DNA of 64,000 nt, from assembly GCA_964016885.1 (NCBI GenBank), contig OZ024745.1, positions 94,488,001-94,552,000 of the forward strand, in the 5' to 3' direction. Numbering within the stretch: the stretch's first letter is position 1; each line of letters begins with the position of its first letter. The stretch is from Eledone cirrhosa (lineage: Eukaryota). The position numbers and the translations under genes were made by a program. Below, piece by piece: positions 1 to 14,441 of this stretch. The notes beneath the pieces were generated by a model, which saw nothing but the letters and a program-made list of their open reading frames with translations, was not told the DNA's origin and made no database searches.

Positions 1-15
1 ATCTCATTACAGTTG

Positions 16-212
16 AAAATTGCAAACTCGACTGTCACCACATATCATGAACCTGAAAATTGCGAAAGCATGAAAGTACTTGTTCAATTAACACTTAGAA
101 TTTAATATTCTATCATACTATTTCATTATAATACCATATTATATTATATATATTTTAAAGGATTGTAAATAAAACGAGTAAATCAGACAAAGTTGGAATT
201 CCTCTTATTAAT
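16..212 (+). mobile_element. Non-coding PLE pLTR-like unit, family F1; HHR at 48-86 has a mutated core (CTGAAAA)
   Basis: Near-identical to 20730-20912. Reads tgaac-CTGAAAA-ttgcgaaagcat-GAAA-gtac-TT-gttca. Confidence 0.7.
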
Positions 213-458
213 ATAATCTTCTATACACAATCATACACACCCGTGTATATTTACTTATCTATATATATATATAATAAATATATATAGGGAGATATATTTT
301 AATTATGTCTCATATAAAAAAATACAACTGGCTTTCCGCAAAATACATATAGTTAGCACCCAAACGTAAAATTGGGATTATACTAAGGTATATCCTAATG
401 TTTGTTGAGTGAGTTGGTAGCCAGTCAGAGTATAGCTTAAAGCTTTCTCTGTTAATGT

Positions 459-489
<31 letters not shown>

Positions 490-544
490 TGCAGAAGAGT
501 GTTGATTTTCTTAGTTGTTATCTTGCCGGTTCAACAGCTAGTTC

Positions 545-579
<35 letters not shown>

Positions 580-848
580 GGTGTCCCTCCTTTATCAGTT
601 TTACTCAATATCTGAAGTAAATAAATGAATAGTAAGATAAATAGAAAAAATATACCTAATTCGTCCTTTCATTGAGGTGGTTTCTTGAAAAGTTAATAGT
701 CTCACATCCCTGGTTCACTTTAGTTGCACTCGTCAAAACTGTACAGTCGGTCGGGACTTATATATATATATATATACTATCCAAGGATAACTTGAACCGT
801 TAAGGTATATTCTCCTTGGTTATGTCAAAATTTATAAAACACACTTCG

Positions 849-910
849 TATTTTATCTGATGATAACGTACCAACATTTTTGGTACCCTTGAAATATATA
901 TAATAGAATA
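849..910 (+). ncRNA. Type I hammerhead ribozyme, family F2
   Basis: tattttat-CTGATGA-(gtacca/tggtac stem II)-GAAA-tatata-TA-atagaata. Stem I is 8 bp with one G.U. The unit 778-955 lies between (TA)n tracts. Confidence 0.8.
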
Positions 911-949
911 AATATGATTTTATAAATATAGTTTCCATTTATTTATTAT

Positions 950-1015
<66 letters not shown>

Positions 1016-1147
1016 AGATAAATCTACCAAGAGTTTACGGTAGTGTCCAATCCGTATGAAGAACTCAATGTAATCCGGATATCATGGAAAGAAGAGATGC
1101 AACGAAAAATCACTTTCGGTGAAAGATAAACGGAATACAGAGTCAAG

Positions 1148-1565
1148 ATAAAATATAAAAAAAATAATGAATAAAACAATGAAACAGTTCCTTATATTAA
1201 ACAAAAAAAGTTCATTATTTAACGATCGTTTCTAGGATATATATGTGTTAGAAATGGCATGCATATTCAACAGATCTATGTACAAAATTATACAAAATTA
1301 TACAAACTATCAAAATTAAATATACATACCAAACACATATATATGCCGTCTTCAGAAATATTATTTCTGAAGACGGCATATATATGTGTTTGGTATGTAT
1401 ATTTAATTTTGATAGTTTGTATAATTTTGTATAATTTTGTACATAGATCTGTTGAATATGCATGCCATTTCTAACACATATATATCCTAGAAACGATCGT
1501 TAAATAATGAACTTTTTTTGTTTAATATAAGGAACTGTTTCATTGTTTTATTCATTATTTTTTTA

Positions 1566-1574
<9 letters not shown>
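1148..1574. repeat. Near-perfect palindrome of about 427 bp centred on 1361
   Basis: Arms 1148-1360 and 1362-1574 are reverse complements. This explains the mirror ORFs 1248..1463(-) and 1259..1474(+). Confidence 0.97.
1360..1508 (+). ncRNA. Type I hammerhead with a very long stem II, family F3; mirror copy on - at 1214-1362
   Basis: attattt-CTGAAGA-[ggcatatatatgtgtt...aacacatatatatcc]-GAAA-cgatcg-TT-aaataat. Confidence 0.72.
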
Positions 1575-1634
<60 letters not shown>

Positions 1635-1652
1635 ATATATATATATATATAT

Positions 1653-1691
<39 letters not shown>

Positions 1692-1722
1692 TATATATAT
1701 ATATAGTAATATATATATATAT

Positions 1723-2146
1723 GTGCTGCTGTATGGGTCTGAGACTTGGACACTGACCAAGAGACTCACTCAGATAGTGGATGGGTGCTACACGAGAATG
1801 CTGAGGATGGCTCTGAACATTAATCAGTATACACTGAGGATGAAAAACTCAGAGCTGTATGGGAGCATCCCAAAAGTCAGCTCAAAAGTGACACAGAGGA
1901 GACTGAGGTTGGCTGGACATGCTCACCGACATCCAGAGTTGACATTGCACTCGGTGCTCCTTTGGGAGCCCCTACATGGACACACTAGAAGAGGAAGACC
2001 AAGGTTAACGTATGTTGATGCCCTAAGGACAGACACTGGTCTGTTGGAGATGCAGGATATGGCAGCGATAATGAGGGACAGAGACCGCTGGAGAGAACTC
2101 GTCCATGGATCTCGGGAATTTTACCCGCCTTAGATAGATAGATATA
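1723..2146 (+). mobile_element. RTE-type LINE, 3' fragment
   Basis: LLYGSETWTL...RRLRLAGH...[11 protein letters not shown]...DRDRWR followed by a (TAGA)n tail. Second copy at 63287-64000(-). Confidence 0.9.
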
Positions 2147-2734
2147 TAGTAATTATAAATGTGAAGAATAAAATCAAAGAGTTTTAGATCCCATAAAATG
2201 GTGAAAGCATCGATTCTTTGCTTAAACTTTAATCTGTACATATAATAAATAAATAAATAAATAAATAAATATAATATTCATAGATACACAAACATTTTGA
2301 AATATTTTTATGTACGTTTTGTAGCTAATTCCTCTGCACATGCACTTGAATACTACTATACGTCTGTATATGGTTTTACGAAATGTACTTTGGTGCATGT
2401 ACACGACTATGCCTTCATGAGAACCAATATTGCTATTTGTATGATCGCTAGATTTCCCGTGTTACTCTCACAACCTAGCTATTGGAATTTTAGTTTGCCA
2501 GATGTGAAGGCTTACGTATTTACATTTATATTGACACTGAATCCTTTTTATCAGTTTCATAAGCTTCTTTAAATACTTATATCGATTATTCCAATGTTGC
2601 TGTGACTATGAATATGTAACATGTTCTTACTCACTTCCTATACTTTTAATTAACCATATATGAATATATATTATTATATCAGCTTAAGATAATTTTAGAT
2701 ATATCTCAATGATTTCTAATTTATCCACAAGATC

Positions 2735-2920
2735 AGCAATTGTAGGAAAAGGGCTTACCTGATTATATCAACCTAAATATATGACTGGTATTTTATTAAC
2801 TCTGAAAGGATGAAAGGCAGGCAAAGTTTACCTCGACAGGATATGAACTCAGAATGTAAAGGGTTGTAGCCTAAATACGGTAAAGGCAATTTATCCGACA
2901 CTTTGTCTATCCACCTCCCT
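2735..2920 (-). mobile_element. Decayed tRNA-derived SINE related to family S1
   Basis: Contains the S1 core: aaggatgaaaggca...cctcgac..gaactcagaa. Confidence 0.7.
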
Positions 2921-3337
2921 AATGTGGTATAATAAATACTTTTGTGCGGCATATAGTTTTTCGGTATATTTGTTGGTTTTGGAACCCAATTAAATAGATG
3001 TAATTTAATTTAATTCTCTAAAATGCCAATTAATTCGTCTAGAAACGGATGTTTTCTCCTCACAAAATACGGAAACATTTTATGTCTTTAATGTTTGTTT
3101 TCATAATCCAAACAATTAATATATCAGATTGTAGTTTTAATATTATACAAACGTTTTTATATTGAAACCACTTAAAGTTAAACCTTTCTGATAGACAGAT
3201 TTTACTATAATCATTGTATATATAGTATGACAAATGGAAAATCTTGCAAAAAACCCCCCAAAACAAACAAACAAACAAACAAAGAACAGCTTAATAATTG
3301 AAAACTACGGTCAGGCTTTATATCGTAGTATCATTAT

Positions 3338-3538
3338 AGATTTCTACTTTAGGTACTAGGCCAGAAAATCTGGAGGAATGGTAAAGTTGTTTGACTGGTA
3401 TTTTATCTCATCGAATCCGGAAGAATGAAAGACAAAATTGATGTCGGCGGAAATTTGAACTTAGAATGTAAAGAGACAATAACTACTACAACGGCATTCC
3501 ATCCGACACCCCTGCCAATTCTGTCAAAACACCACCCT
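3338..3538 (-). mobile_element. Decayed tRNA-derived SINE related to family S1
   Basis: tttctactttagg...gaatgaaagacaaa..gtcggcggaaatttgaact; lies back-to-back with the next copy. Confidence 0.75.
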
Positions 3539-3546
3539 CTTTATCG

Positions 3547-3733
3547 TTTGGCAGTATCGGTAGAGCGTCAGACATCATGCTTCGCAACATAGAGTTATGG
3601 CCCTTTATGATCTGAGTTCAAATCCCGCCGAGATTAACTTGCCTCTCATCCTTACGAGGTCGATAAAATAAGGTATCAGTAATACACTGGGATTAATTGC
3701 TGGCCTTGTACCAACATGTAGAAACATTATTAT
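3547..3733 (+). mobile_element. tRNA-derived SINE, family S1
   Basis: A-box-like tggcagtatcggtag, B-box gagttcaaatccc, body ctcatccttacgaggtcgataaaata, (ATT)n tail. Confidence 0.9.
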
Positions 3734-5664
3734 TGATACCGAGTTTCCATTGAAATGTACAGGCGCCTTCATTATATTTTTCATAGTAAAAGAAAGAAAG
3801 AAAGAAAGAACTACTTTTGAAGTTGTTCTATAATTTTTTTTATGTATTCGAAGATTTATATTATTGAATTATACTTTTGAAACATATAGATACTTGTCTT
3901 AGAAATATTTTAATACATTTTTAATGTGTCTATGTATTTGCATTTACACAATGTACAAAAAGTAATTTAGTTGGATCTAATCTCATCTACTAGCATACCA
4001 TCTTTGTATATTTTGTCAAGTCTTTTATATGTTTATATATATTATATGTTTCTAATAGTTCTGGTTGAATAGATGCAATCAGAAATCAAAATAGAATGAA
4101 GGAAAGTTTAATGATCGTTTTACCGAAAAAAGAAAGCTCAGCACAATAGGATGCAAGATAATGTAGTTTTTTTCAAGTTGAAAAGTTGAAAGAAAATTGA
4201 AAAATGTGAATAGATATAAATGGTATGTATGCATGCATGATCATGTAACTCCTGATGGAGTCGTAGAGGCGCCGTAATGGTGCTTCTGGGGGCATTTCAA
4301 AGCCTGGCGGCGCCCATCCCTCTCCAAGTCTGAATAAACAGATTTTTTTCAGGTTGTGGTAGGTGAAACAATTGCAACACTGTAAGATATGTTGCGACAT
4401 TGTTTTACAAGGAAAATTCGTTGTAAGCCATCTTTGGGGGTCATACGACACTATAAATCAAAATGGATTTCAGTACTTCACTATAACGAATACTATGACA
4501 AGCTGTGCTGAATCACGTGGAATTGTGAGGAAAAAAGAAATAAACAATGATTGCCAGCTAAATTAAAAATATAAATAAACATTGATTGCCAACTGAATTA
4601 AAAAATATAAAAAACTATACTGAAGCGAAAAGCAAACCAAACCAAACAGTGAGTGTGTTTTACTATATGTTTCTGGGATCCTCCCCAAATATAACAAAGA
4701 CATAAACAATTGGCATTCATCACACAATTAAACAATAATTATATTGAGCTTGTGTAGCCTTACACCTTTTCTAATGACTGATTTGAACGTTCATTTTTCG
4801 TATTAACACAACAACAACAACTCACTTTTCATACAGGAAAACAATTTAAGGATTTTGATCTGGAAACACCTTTACTTTTGACAAGATAAACACTTTAGTT
4901 TTCATGGAACCTTAGAAGTGAAAAAGCACCAAAATTGGGTATGCCATACTATCACATAGCTCCTTTTAATAATATGTTTAAAAGTCAATCATTTTCACTA
5001 AAATCTGTATTACATGCAATGTGTTTTTTTTCTATAGAATGATGACTATTATGTACTCATGTAACTGATACATACGGTATCATATATTTCTAAATTTGAA
5101 CTTTTTCCATTAATATCATGGCTGTGCTATATAATTTTTCATGTGAGACTACACACTAGTATCTAATATTCTATCAAATGTTTAAAAATATTCTTCAATA
5201 GTTGCTTTTTATTGTGTCACCTCGGATTTCTTGTATGATATACTTAATCTTATCAAGTGTTCATATCGATTATAAGTTATTCTATGTACACTGTTGTCGG
5301 TGCATTGTCTTCTATCTAGTTAAACAGAAAAAAAAATCATGCTTGTGTATAAATCAGTTAACAACTTTACATCTTGAGCGACAGTAATTAAATGGATGAA
5401 GAATTGAAACTACACGCAAGAGATACCTAAATCCAATTACCTGAAAAGTTAATTAAATCCTGTGTCATTAAGATACGCCTTCGAGGAGGTAGTTAGGATC
5501 TTGTCGATATTCAAAGTAGGATTGTTCATTTTGTTTGTTAGCCGCTATATATCTATAGGCAAGCATATATATTAAAATTCATTAACTCACTCTCATCTCC
5601 TCTTTCTTATCTCTCTAGTCGTAAACTTATCTTTCTAACAACTAACTGCTGGACACACACACGC

Positions 5665-5719
<55 letters not shown>

Positions 5720-5899
5720 AACATATCTATATAAGCATAGTTTTGTAAATTTATTTGTTCGTGAGAATGGTAGAATTTCTATATACCTTTGCTTTCATAA
5801 ATAACGTTTTACATTGCAATTCGACATTTCTCTGCTACATTATTTATGATTATGTCCTGTTATTTCCCTCCCACACAGTAAGATCATATCAGCGTTATA

Positions 5900-8880
5900 A
5901 ATGCAAGCATATATATGTATAACAATGTTGTATCAGATGAAAGAATGGTATTTAACTAATGTATTGGTACGCGATGGGGCCCACCCACAGCCCCGGCGGA
6001 CAGAATGGAGAAGGCGTTTCTCCGAAGGACGGCAAGGGAGACGCGCTGGAAAAGCCACTCCAACTCGCGGGGCTCACACCTGCGGCTGGCCAGGTGGTGA
6101 GTAAGGAGGTAGCCCTGGGGCCGAGGAAACCAGAAGTCTCCACTGCCAGGGGAACGACCGCAAACCTGTCAGAGAGCAACCGGTATTTGAGGAGTTTAGC
6201 CTCCTCAGCCCGATGTGCAGCAGAACCTGGGTCAGTCGCAGACTGCACCAAGTTGCGGCTGCAGAAAGTGTCGGTGCAAGTGGCATCCCAGACGAGGGGT
6301 ATGCCACCGCGGAACGGGAACATGTCATGCCATCTGGCCTTTTGCCGTCCCCTCGATCCAGCCCCACCGGCTCGAGCTGGGAGGGGAAGAATGCAGGGTC
6401 CAAGCCATGCTTAATGACCTCGTTAAGGGCAGCATGGCGTGGAATGCGGCCGGCACTGTGGGGACAGGAAAGCGGGTGGAGGCCGAAAGAGTCCACGGTG
6501 GAACCGCAGCGACATTGGCGTGGCTGGCAGATCCGGAGGCCGAGCCTCAGGGAAACGCCGATTCGCAGGCTATGGTTGTCTAGCTGCGTGCCAGTGGAGA
6601 AGGAGGGCAGGGCATGGGGCCAGGCATCACTGTGGGGTTTGGAGGCCGCACGAAAACAAGCAAGGCGGTGCTGGTCGAGCTGGCGCGTAAGCCTGTCTGA
6701 GGCCAGGCTGCACTGGATGTCAGAGTCTGGAGCTGTTCAAGCCTGGACGTGTTGGTGGAGCGGATGGCCGGCGGGTGGATAGTGACTCGAGGATGTGGAC
6801 ATCCTCTTTGGGGGTCATTTGAACCTGGCGGAGAATGGTCCGCACGTCCAAGACAGAGGCTGCAAAGCTCGCAGCATCGAGGCTGACGTTCACCACCTCC
6901 GACTTGGCCAAGTTGACCTGGAGACCGATTCCTGCCAGGGCAGGAATCACCGATTGAAGGTCTTGGCAGACCGTCTGTACGGGCCCGCCCAACGTAGCAT
7001 CATCCAGATACCAAACGTTGAGAGGGGGCGTGATACTCCGGGCGATGTGGTCAATACCAAGGGCGAACAGGAGGGGCCCCAAAGAATAGCCGAGGGTATG
7101 ACCGTAGCAGCAGCTAGGAGCATGCTCGGGGCTCCATATGACAGGTAGGCCAGCGGGTAGGCAGAGGGGGCTCAGCTGAGGCAGGCCTCGAGCAGATGAT
7201 CCCGGCGTAAAGAGTTAAAGGCATTCCTCATGTCAAGCTTGACAATGAGGTGCCTGGAGTCCCTGGATGCCGGTACCGATGAGCAGCTGCTGAAGAACTG
7301 CCTGATTGCATGAGCGGCCCTCTCACAGCCACGGAACACGCCGACACCCAGTTGCACCGGAATAAACTCCTCACCCAGTTCGTGTGTGACGGACTTGCAG
7401 ATCACCTTTGTAGCCAGCCCCCGGAAGACATTGCACACAGCAATGGGGCGTATGCCACCCTCTTTCTTCCTGAGAGCGGTGAGGCTGGCCGAAAAAAGAG
7501 GCCTCGGGCGTAAAGTCGAGGGCATCATGAATGAGCCTATTGGTGAGCGCCACAATTGCACTCAGAAGGCGGCGTCCGGCCTCAGCAGAGACGGGGGATG
7601 TCAACTCCCTGAGGTGGCTTGGTCGGAGACCATCAACACCTTCGCAGCTGCTAGCTGGGAAGGACCTGATGGCGGACATGATATCTGCATCAGTATCCAC
7701 AAGGAGCAGGTAGGGGTCGGGTGGGGGTATGGGCCTGAGATCAGTGGGTGGCTCAGGGGGTTTGAGCCGCAGAGCAGCCATGACCTCCTCGGTGGGTTGG
7801 AGGAGAGTGTCCTCTGAGGCAACAACTCTGACTGCGGCCGAGACATCACCCATGATAAGTTTTGCGTTTACCTGGTCACGCAACACTTGGCGCTGGCCTC
7901 AGGGGTGGAGGATACGGGGTACATGAGGGTGGGGTGTGTGGCGTCCCTGGGCACGCTTGGAATGGGCGCTCGCTCAAATGACGAGACATTGGCCTTTGCG
8001 AAGGCTGCTGTTGACCGGAAGCTCCGGTCGGCGCCAGAGCTGGGGAAGCCGAGGGCGAGTGGGGCGAAATAGAACAGCTGCTCCCAGTCACTGGCTCGAT
8101 TGGAGTCCAGGGCGCTCTCAATCGAGGAAGCGAGGGCATCGGCTACCGGCACCTGTGCCGCTCTCGGGATCCTGTGTGGGATCTTCCGGAGCCACCTGAG
8201 CCGAGCGATGTTGACCAGCAAGGCTCGGGCGTCAGGCAAGCTCGCTGTCCCATCTGGTGGTGTGCCAGACGGCCGTGGCTGGGAAGACGTGGGGAAGAGG
8301 CAGCTCCTGCACCTCCACGCTGCGAGGGCATTGGAAGCTCGACGAATCAAGCTAACGCAGGTGAGGTGGTGGAAGCAGCCGCACCCCAAACAGTTCCGGC
8401 CCCTCTTTCGTTTGTTAGTGGTGCCCCAAGTGCTACAGGTGTCGATTTGGAGGGGTTAGGGATGGGGCGTGGGGCCGGGGACTGGGGCACCGAGCGGCAT
8501 CAGGGGTGGGTGGATGGCGTCTATGGGTGGAAGGGAAAGTGCTGGTAAGAGGGTAGCATAGCTCACCTATATATATGGAGGTGCCAGAAAACGAGAGCGA
8601 AAAGGGGCTGCATGGAGGGGGAGACACAGGAAGGTAGAATGGCAGTAAATGAATGAGTGAATCGATGGATGTACACAAAAAAGGGGGTGGAGAGAAAACA
8701 AGGGGTTGTTCCCAGCGGAAAGACCCAGAATTCAGCACGCACACATGCGAGCAACTGAGCAGTTTGTCATAGGACCATGTGGCTGGTGGTGAGTCACTGA
8801 TGCTGGGGTTAGCTTCCTCTTGTTAATGGTAGAGTTGTTGTTAATGACACTGTTGTCGTCGTTGCCTTCCTCTTTTAATG
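5900..8880 (-). mobile_element. CRE-type non-LTR retrotransposon (RT plus restriction-like endonuclease), frameshifted
   Basis: KKEGGIRPIAV, QLGVG, VKLDMRNAFNSLRR, GPLLF, WYLDDATL, RHAALN, GKRPDG, WDATCTDT, PLAVET. Cys-rich N-terminus. GC-rich island in an AT-rich background. Confidence 0.9.
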
Positions 8881-10329
8881 GTGAAGATATAGAGCGAAAT
8901 ACAAAATCCACCAGCAGGCAATTATATAAAAAATGTATCTAGAAATAAAAGTCAACATTTCTGTCTGGGATATAAAGATTTGTTTTACATTTTCGCAAAC
9001 AACGTAACGATATTCTCAATGGATGCGCTTACAACATTTGAATATAACTGAACCATCGTGTCATTTAATTTGAAAAGTGGAGCAATGTAAAAGGAGAATA
9101 GTGAATTTGGAGTGTCAATCCCTTGTGATTTTTTTTTTTCCATACCGGCATTAGTTTTCCAGGATTTATACTCATTTTTTTTTTTTTTTCCTTCAAAATG
9201 ATGGAGCCGTTTTACTCCTCATGAAACTGACATTACTTAATGATGTTTGTCATCTATGGCTTATTCATATGTATTATTTCATAACTCTATAGAACATTTA
9301 GAATGTTTGTGCAGTGTTCTGTGTCCAGCGAGGTTTGATCAACAGGTAAGAAAAATGATGATTCGGTGACGGTTTCTTCTGATAGGAGCCTCTTCCACGT
9401 CGGAAGATCGAAGTGTGTTTTCTTGTCTTCTTCAATACTTTCATAAACGGCTTCGGAGATTTAAAACTTATGTTTCAATTGGTGCTTCCATTTCCACACG
9501 GTTCTATTGTCTTATTTACAAAAATATATTTCTATATATTTCTTTATTTATTTCTCTTCTTTTAGTATAATATAGCGAGTTGTCACCAGTGATGTTTGAA
9601 GTTCCTTTTGTAGCAGCATATTATTTCTGTAGAATATTTTAAGTGTGCATTTCAGATTTAAAATAATTTTTTTAGAATTGCCCAAATCTTTGAGACAAGT
9701 ACCATGACCTTATGTTTGATATTCTCTGAGTTTGAGAAGCATTTGTAATAGGTAGTCTTTTAACTATCATTTACTACGTAAACATAGTATTTCACACAAA
9801 ATGTAATCTTACTGCACAGAATTAGATTTAGAACTAAACAAGTGGTGGTCAACTGTACATTAAAATAATTACTGATGCATTTTGCTTCTGAGGTGTATGC
9901 AACATGTGTTTCAACAATATTGACTGTCACTATAATGCTAAAGCCTCATTGCAGGACATTTTGTCGCCTGCAATTGGAATATTACAGGATGATGTTGTTG
10001 TTGTTGTTGATAGGTCAGCCTTGATCAAATGGAGCTAACATCAAAGATCAACCATGACGAACTCATCTTTTTATTTGTGAGTCTAGGACTGTATTATGCA
10101 ATCTGTTCTTTTTTAGCATAGTATAGTGAGATTTGAGGAATATCTAGCTTCTATTTCTATCAACTCGAGTAAATGCACAGAGGCTTCCTTGATAATATAG
10201 CTCACATAAAAGTGTATAACAATTACTTTCAGAGTAATTGTGTGTTGACGTACTAGGAATTTCATAACGGTTACAAGCTTATACTAATTAGCTCACCTGG
10301 TGTGAATTAAGAAGCACATATACGTATAT

Positions 10330-11041
<712 letters not shown>

Positions 11042-11270
11042 AGGGGGATTCTTTACAAATGAGGAAATTTTCAAACAAAATGCTGAATATTATAACAATG
11101 CTAAATCGGAAAATTATACCTGCCGCATACAACAAAAGGCAATAACACCAATAATAATAGTAGTAATAATGTGTTAATACCCGGGGCAACCCAAATGTTC
11201 GGCTGGTAATGGCGACAACACAGATATCGTCATATGCAGCAGCACTTATATACCCAAATGTAATAGATAA

Positions 11271-11312
<42 letters not shown>

Positions 11313-11500
11313 TGTTTCTACTTTAGGCACAAGGCCAGCAAATTACCCAGTACATTACTGGTACTTTATTTTATCGACCCCGTAAGGATGAAAGGCAAAG
11401 TTAACCTCGGCGGGATTTGAACTCAGAATTGCAAGGGCCGTAATTCTATGCGTCAAAGCATGTCGTCCGACCCTCTACCGATACTGCCAATTCACCGCCC

Positions 11501-11554
<54 letters not shown>

Positions 11555-11982
11555 TGTTTCTACTTTAGGCACAAGGCCAGCAATAACCCAGTACATTACT
11601 GGTACTTTATTTTATCGACCCCGTAAGGATGAAAGGCAAAGTTAACCTCGGCGGGATTAATAATAATAATAATAATGGTTCTTATATAGGCAAAAGACCA
11701 GCAATTTTGGGGGAGGGTAAAGTCGATTAAATCGACTCCAGTACATTACTGGTACTTTATTTTAACGACACCGTAAGGATGAAAGGCAAATTTAACCTCG
11801 GCGTGATTTGAACTCAATAATAATAATAATAGTTTCTACTTTTGACACAAGGCCAGCAATTACCCCAGTACATAACTGGTGCTTTATTTTGTCGACCCAG
11901 TAAGGATGAAAGGCAAAGTTAACCTCGGCGGGATTTGAACTCAGACTGTAAAGGGACGTAACTATGCTAGAAAGCATGGCGT
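11271..11982 (-). mobile_element. Tandem array of four S1 SINEs joined through (AAT)n tails
   Basis: Bodies at about 11313-11500, 11554-11657, 11677-11815 and 11832-11982. Confidence 0.92.
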
Positions 11983-11999
11983 ACATTTTTTTTGAAAAA

Positions 12000-14441
12000 A
12001 ATATTTTGAAAAGCTGAAATAATTTGCAGCGGTAATGGCTAGCTCAGTGGAAGGAACGCTAGCGAACGCCGATGAAAAAATAGAGAAACAGACGGAGAAT
12101 AACGTTGCTACAAGCTCTGCCTGTAGTGAAAACAAGTAGTGAAAACAAAGATTTGTTTCGCAATGAAAGCGAAAAATGCAACTCACAAGTTAGACCACAC
12201 AGCTCACAACAGACATAAAAAACCACAGAAAATGAACCAATTTACACAACTACAAACGAAAAAAGTGACAACAACAACAATAACACAAAAAAAATAACAT
12301 TTGCACAAACAGTCATAAACAAAAAAAGACTTCAAGGATCTCGATATCTCCAATGCGAGACAGATGCTTTCTGAAGCAAAGGAATTTATCATTTTCGGAG
12401 AAAACGGTGGGTTTAAGATAAACTCACCCCCAGAAATTCGTCTTCAAACACTTCAAAGGACAGTTACCTTCAGAACTGTTTCAAATGAAACAAGAAAGCC
12501 GGCATTCTTCAGTCAAGAGGAAATAGAAGCAACCTTGAAGGAGGTTTTGCCGGATATACATTTTATGCAGAGGGCCAGACAGTATGGGAGCATTTCGGTG
12601 TTCCTCAAAAGCGAGGCATTCGCACAGAAATATTCAGTGATGCTGATCAGTTCGAAGAAATGCACCCTTTTCCCTATTTACCTGGGCAAAAGACCCCCCA
12701 AAAATCAAAATATCCAACATACCACCAAATATTAATATTTCTCCTTCAAGAAATCAACCAGACACACGTGGTCTGGTATAAATTTGGAGATTCTGGTTCA
12801 AATGAGGCCGGAGAGAATCTCCAAAATACCTGAAAAAGTGCTGGTGGACAATAACAGCCACATAAACATTTCAGTTGAAGGAAGGAAGGAGACTACACTG
12901 CTTTCGATATTACAGTACATCGCATCTAAAGGCCTCCTGCCCTTTACAGACACACTTTAAAAAACAATCCAAAAAATACTGTTACCAACACCAACACCAA
13001 AACAACCACAACCACCACCACCATCACAACAACACACAAAACAAGCAAACACACCAAAACAAACAGCCACTCAACCAGCAACAACAGAAAAAACACAGAC
13101 AACTCCCCCGAAGAACACAGTCCCACCCCACCCCACTCCATCCAACACTATCACAAACACACACACAAACCCCTACCGCACGCCCCTGATGACGATACAT
13201 CGTCAGACGAGACTACTTTTCCATCCCCAAGCGAGGATGAAGGACAGCCTCGAAAATAAAAAAACAAAAAAAGAAACACCGTAAAGGCAAAAAAAAACAC
13301 CAATCCCCAACACAAACACACAACCACCGACTCAAACAACAACACAAACAACACCACAATCAAACCTCCTCTTACCAGCAAAACAAAGACCAACACCACC
13401 CCAAACACAAACACCCACCATAAAAAGAAAACTCCCAGATGAACAACAAACAAAAACAACACAACAAAAACACAAACAACAATACGCATGCATCAACACC
13501 AACAACAAGAATTTGATGGCGGTCATCTCCAAAACCTCAAGGTAGAGACCGAGGGTAAAAATTTTGTTAAAGCAGAATCGTCTCCACACCTCAAACTGAT
13601 GAGGGTTTCCATGGAAAAATATAGTGAACTGAAAAGTGCATTTTTGCAGGACGTGGGCAGCCCCTGTCAAAACCCCATAAACCGAGTCCTATTAAAATTT
13701 TCCCCCACCCCACCCAACACCCCGACCAGCACCCAAATGGAGATTGGACAACCCGATCTCCAGGATACGAAAAGGTAAGTGAATCTTTTCGTCCTTTTTC
13801 GCCAACTCTTCTCCACCAACATGGCTAATTTACGAGTTGGAAGTGTGAATGTGCGTGGCCTAGGGATGCCCTGGAAACGGCCAACTTTTAAACGACCTTA
13901 GGTCACACGGTATGGATGTGATAGCCATCACCGAGTCCAGGATCCACAACAGGCAGCAACTAACCTTCAACTTCAATGGCTTTGAGATCTACGCATCTCT
14001 CTGTTAGCCAGGAGTTGGAGGGAGAGTGGCTGTCATGTTTCGGAAAAACCTGTATGTCGAAGTACAGCAAGTACACTTGGACCCAGAGGGTAGACTGGTA
14101 GTCTTAGACGTGAACAGTGTTGGAGGTGGAGTTTTAAGACTGGTGGCCGTTTATGCCCCGACTGGGCAATCGCGGCTAGACTTCTTTAAGCGTCTAGAGT
14201 TTTTTCTGGGAACGTCTCGCTCCTTGCTTTCAGTAGGGGACTGGAATGGTATCCTAGACGCACGATGGGACTATGTAGGATCATGTCCCAGTAGAGGGGG
14301 GTGCAACAGTCTCCAAATTTAATCGGCTAATTCCATCTGGCCGGTAGGTATCGACTAGATTTCCCGACTGCACCACAGTGGACGTGGACAAACCGTAGCG
14401 GGACATCTAGATCGTATTTAGACAGGTTCTTTATTAGAGAT

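Noticed and set aside
1248-1474. Twin 71-aa ORFs on opposite strands
   Set aside because: They result from the palindrome and show no protein features
5959-8548. Plus-strand ORFs across the GC-rich island
   Set aside because: Antisense shadows of the CRE element
11271-11982. Repeat-spacer appearance suggestive of CRISPR
   Set aside because: The units are SINE bodies with AAT tails, there are no cas genes, and the context is eukaryotic
13186-13207. ctgatgacga..tcgtcag hairpin and other CTGANGA hits inside LINE ORFs
   Set aside because: Coding-sequence coincidences without hammerhead topology
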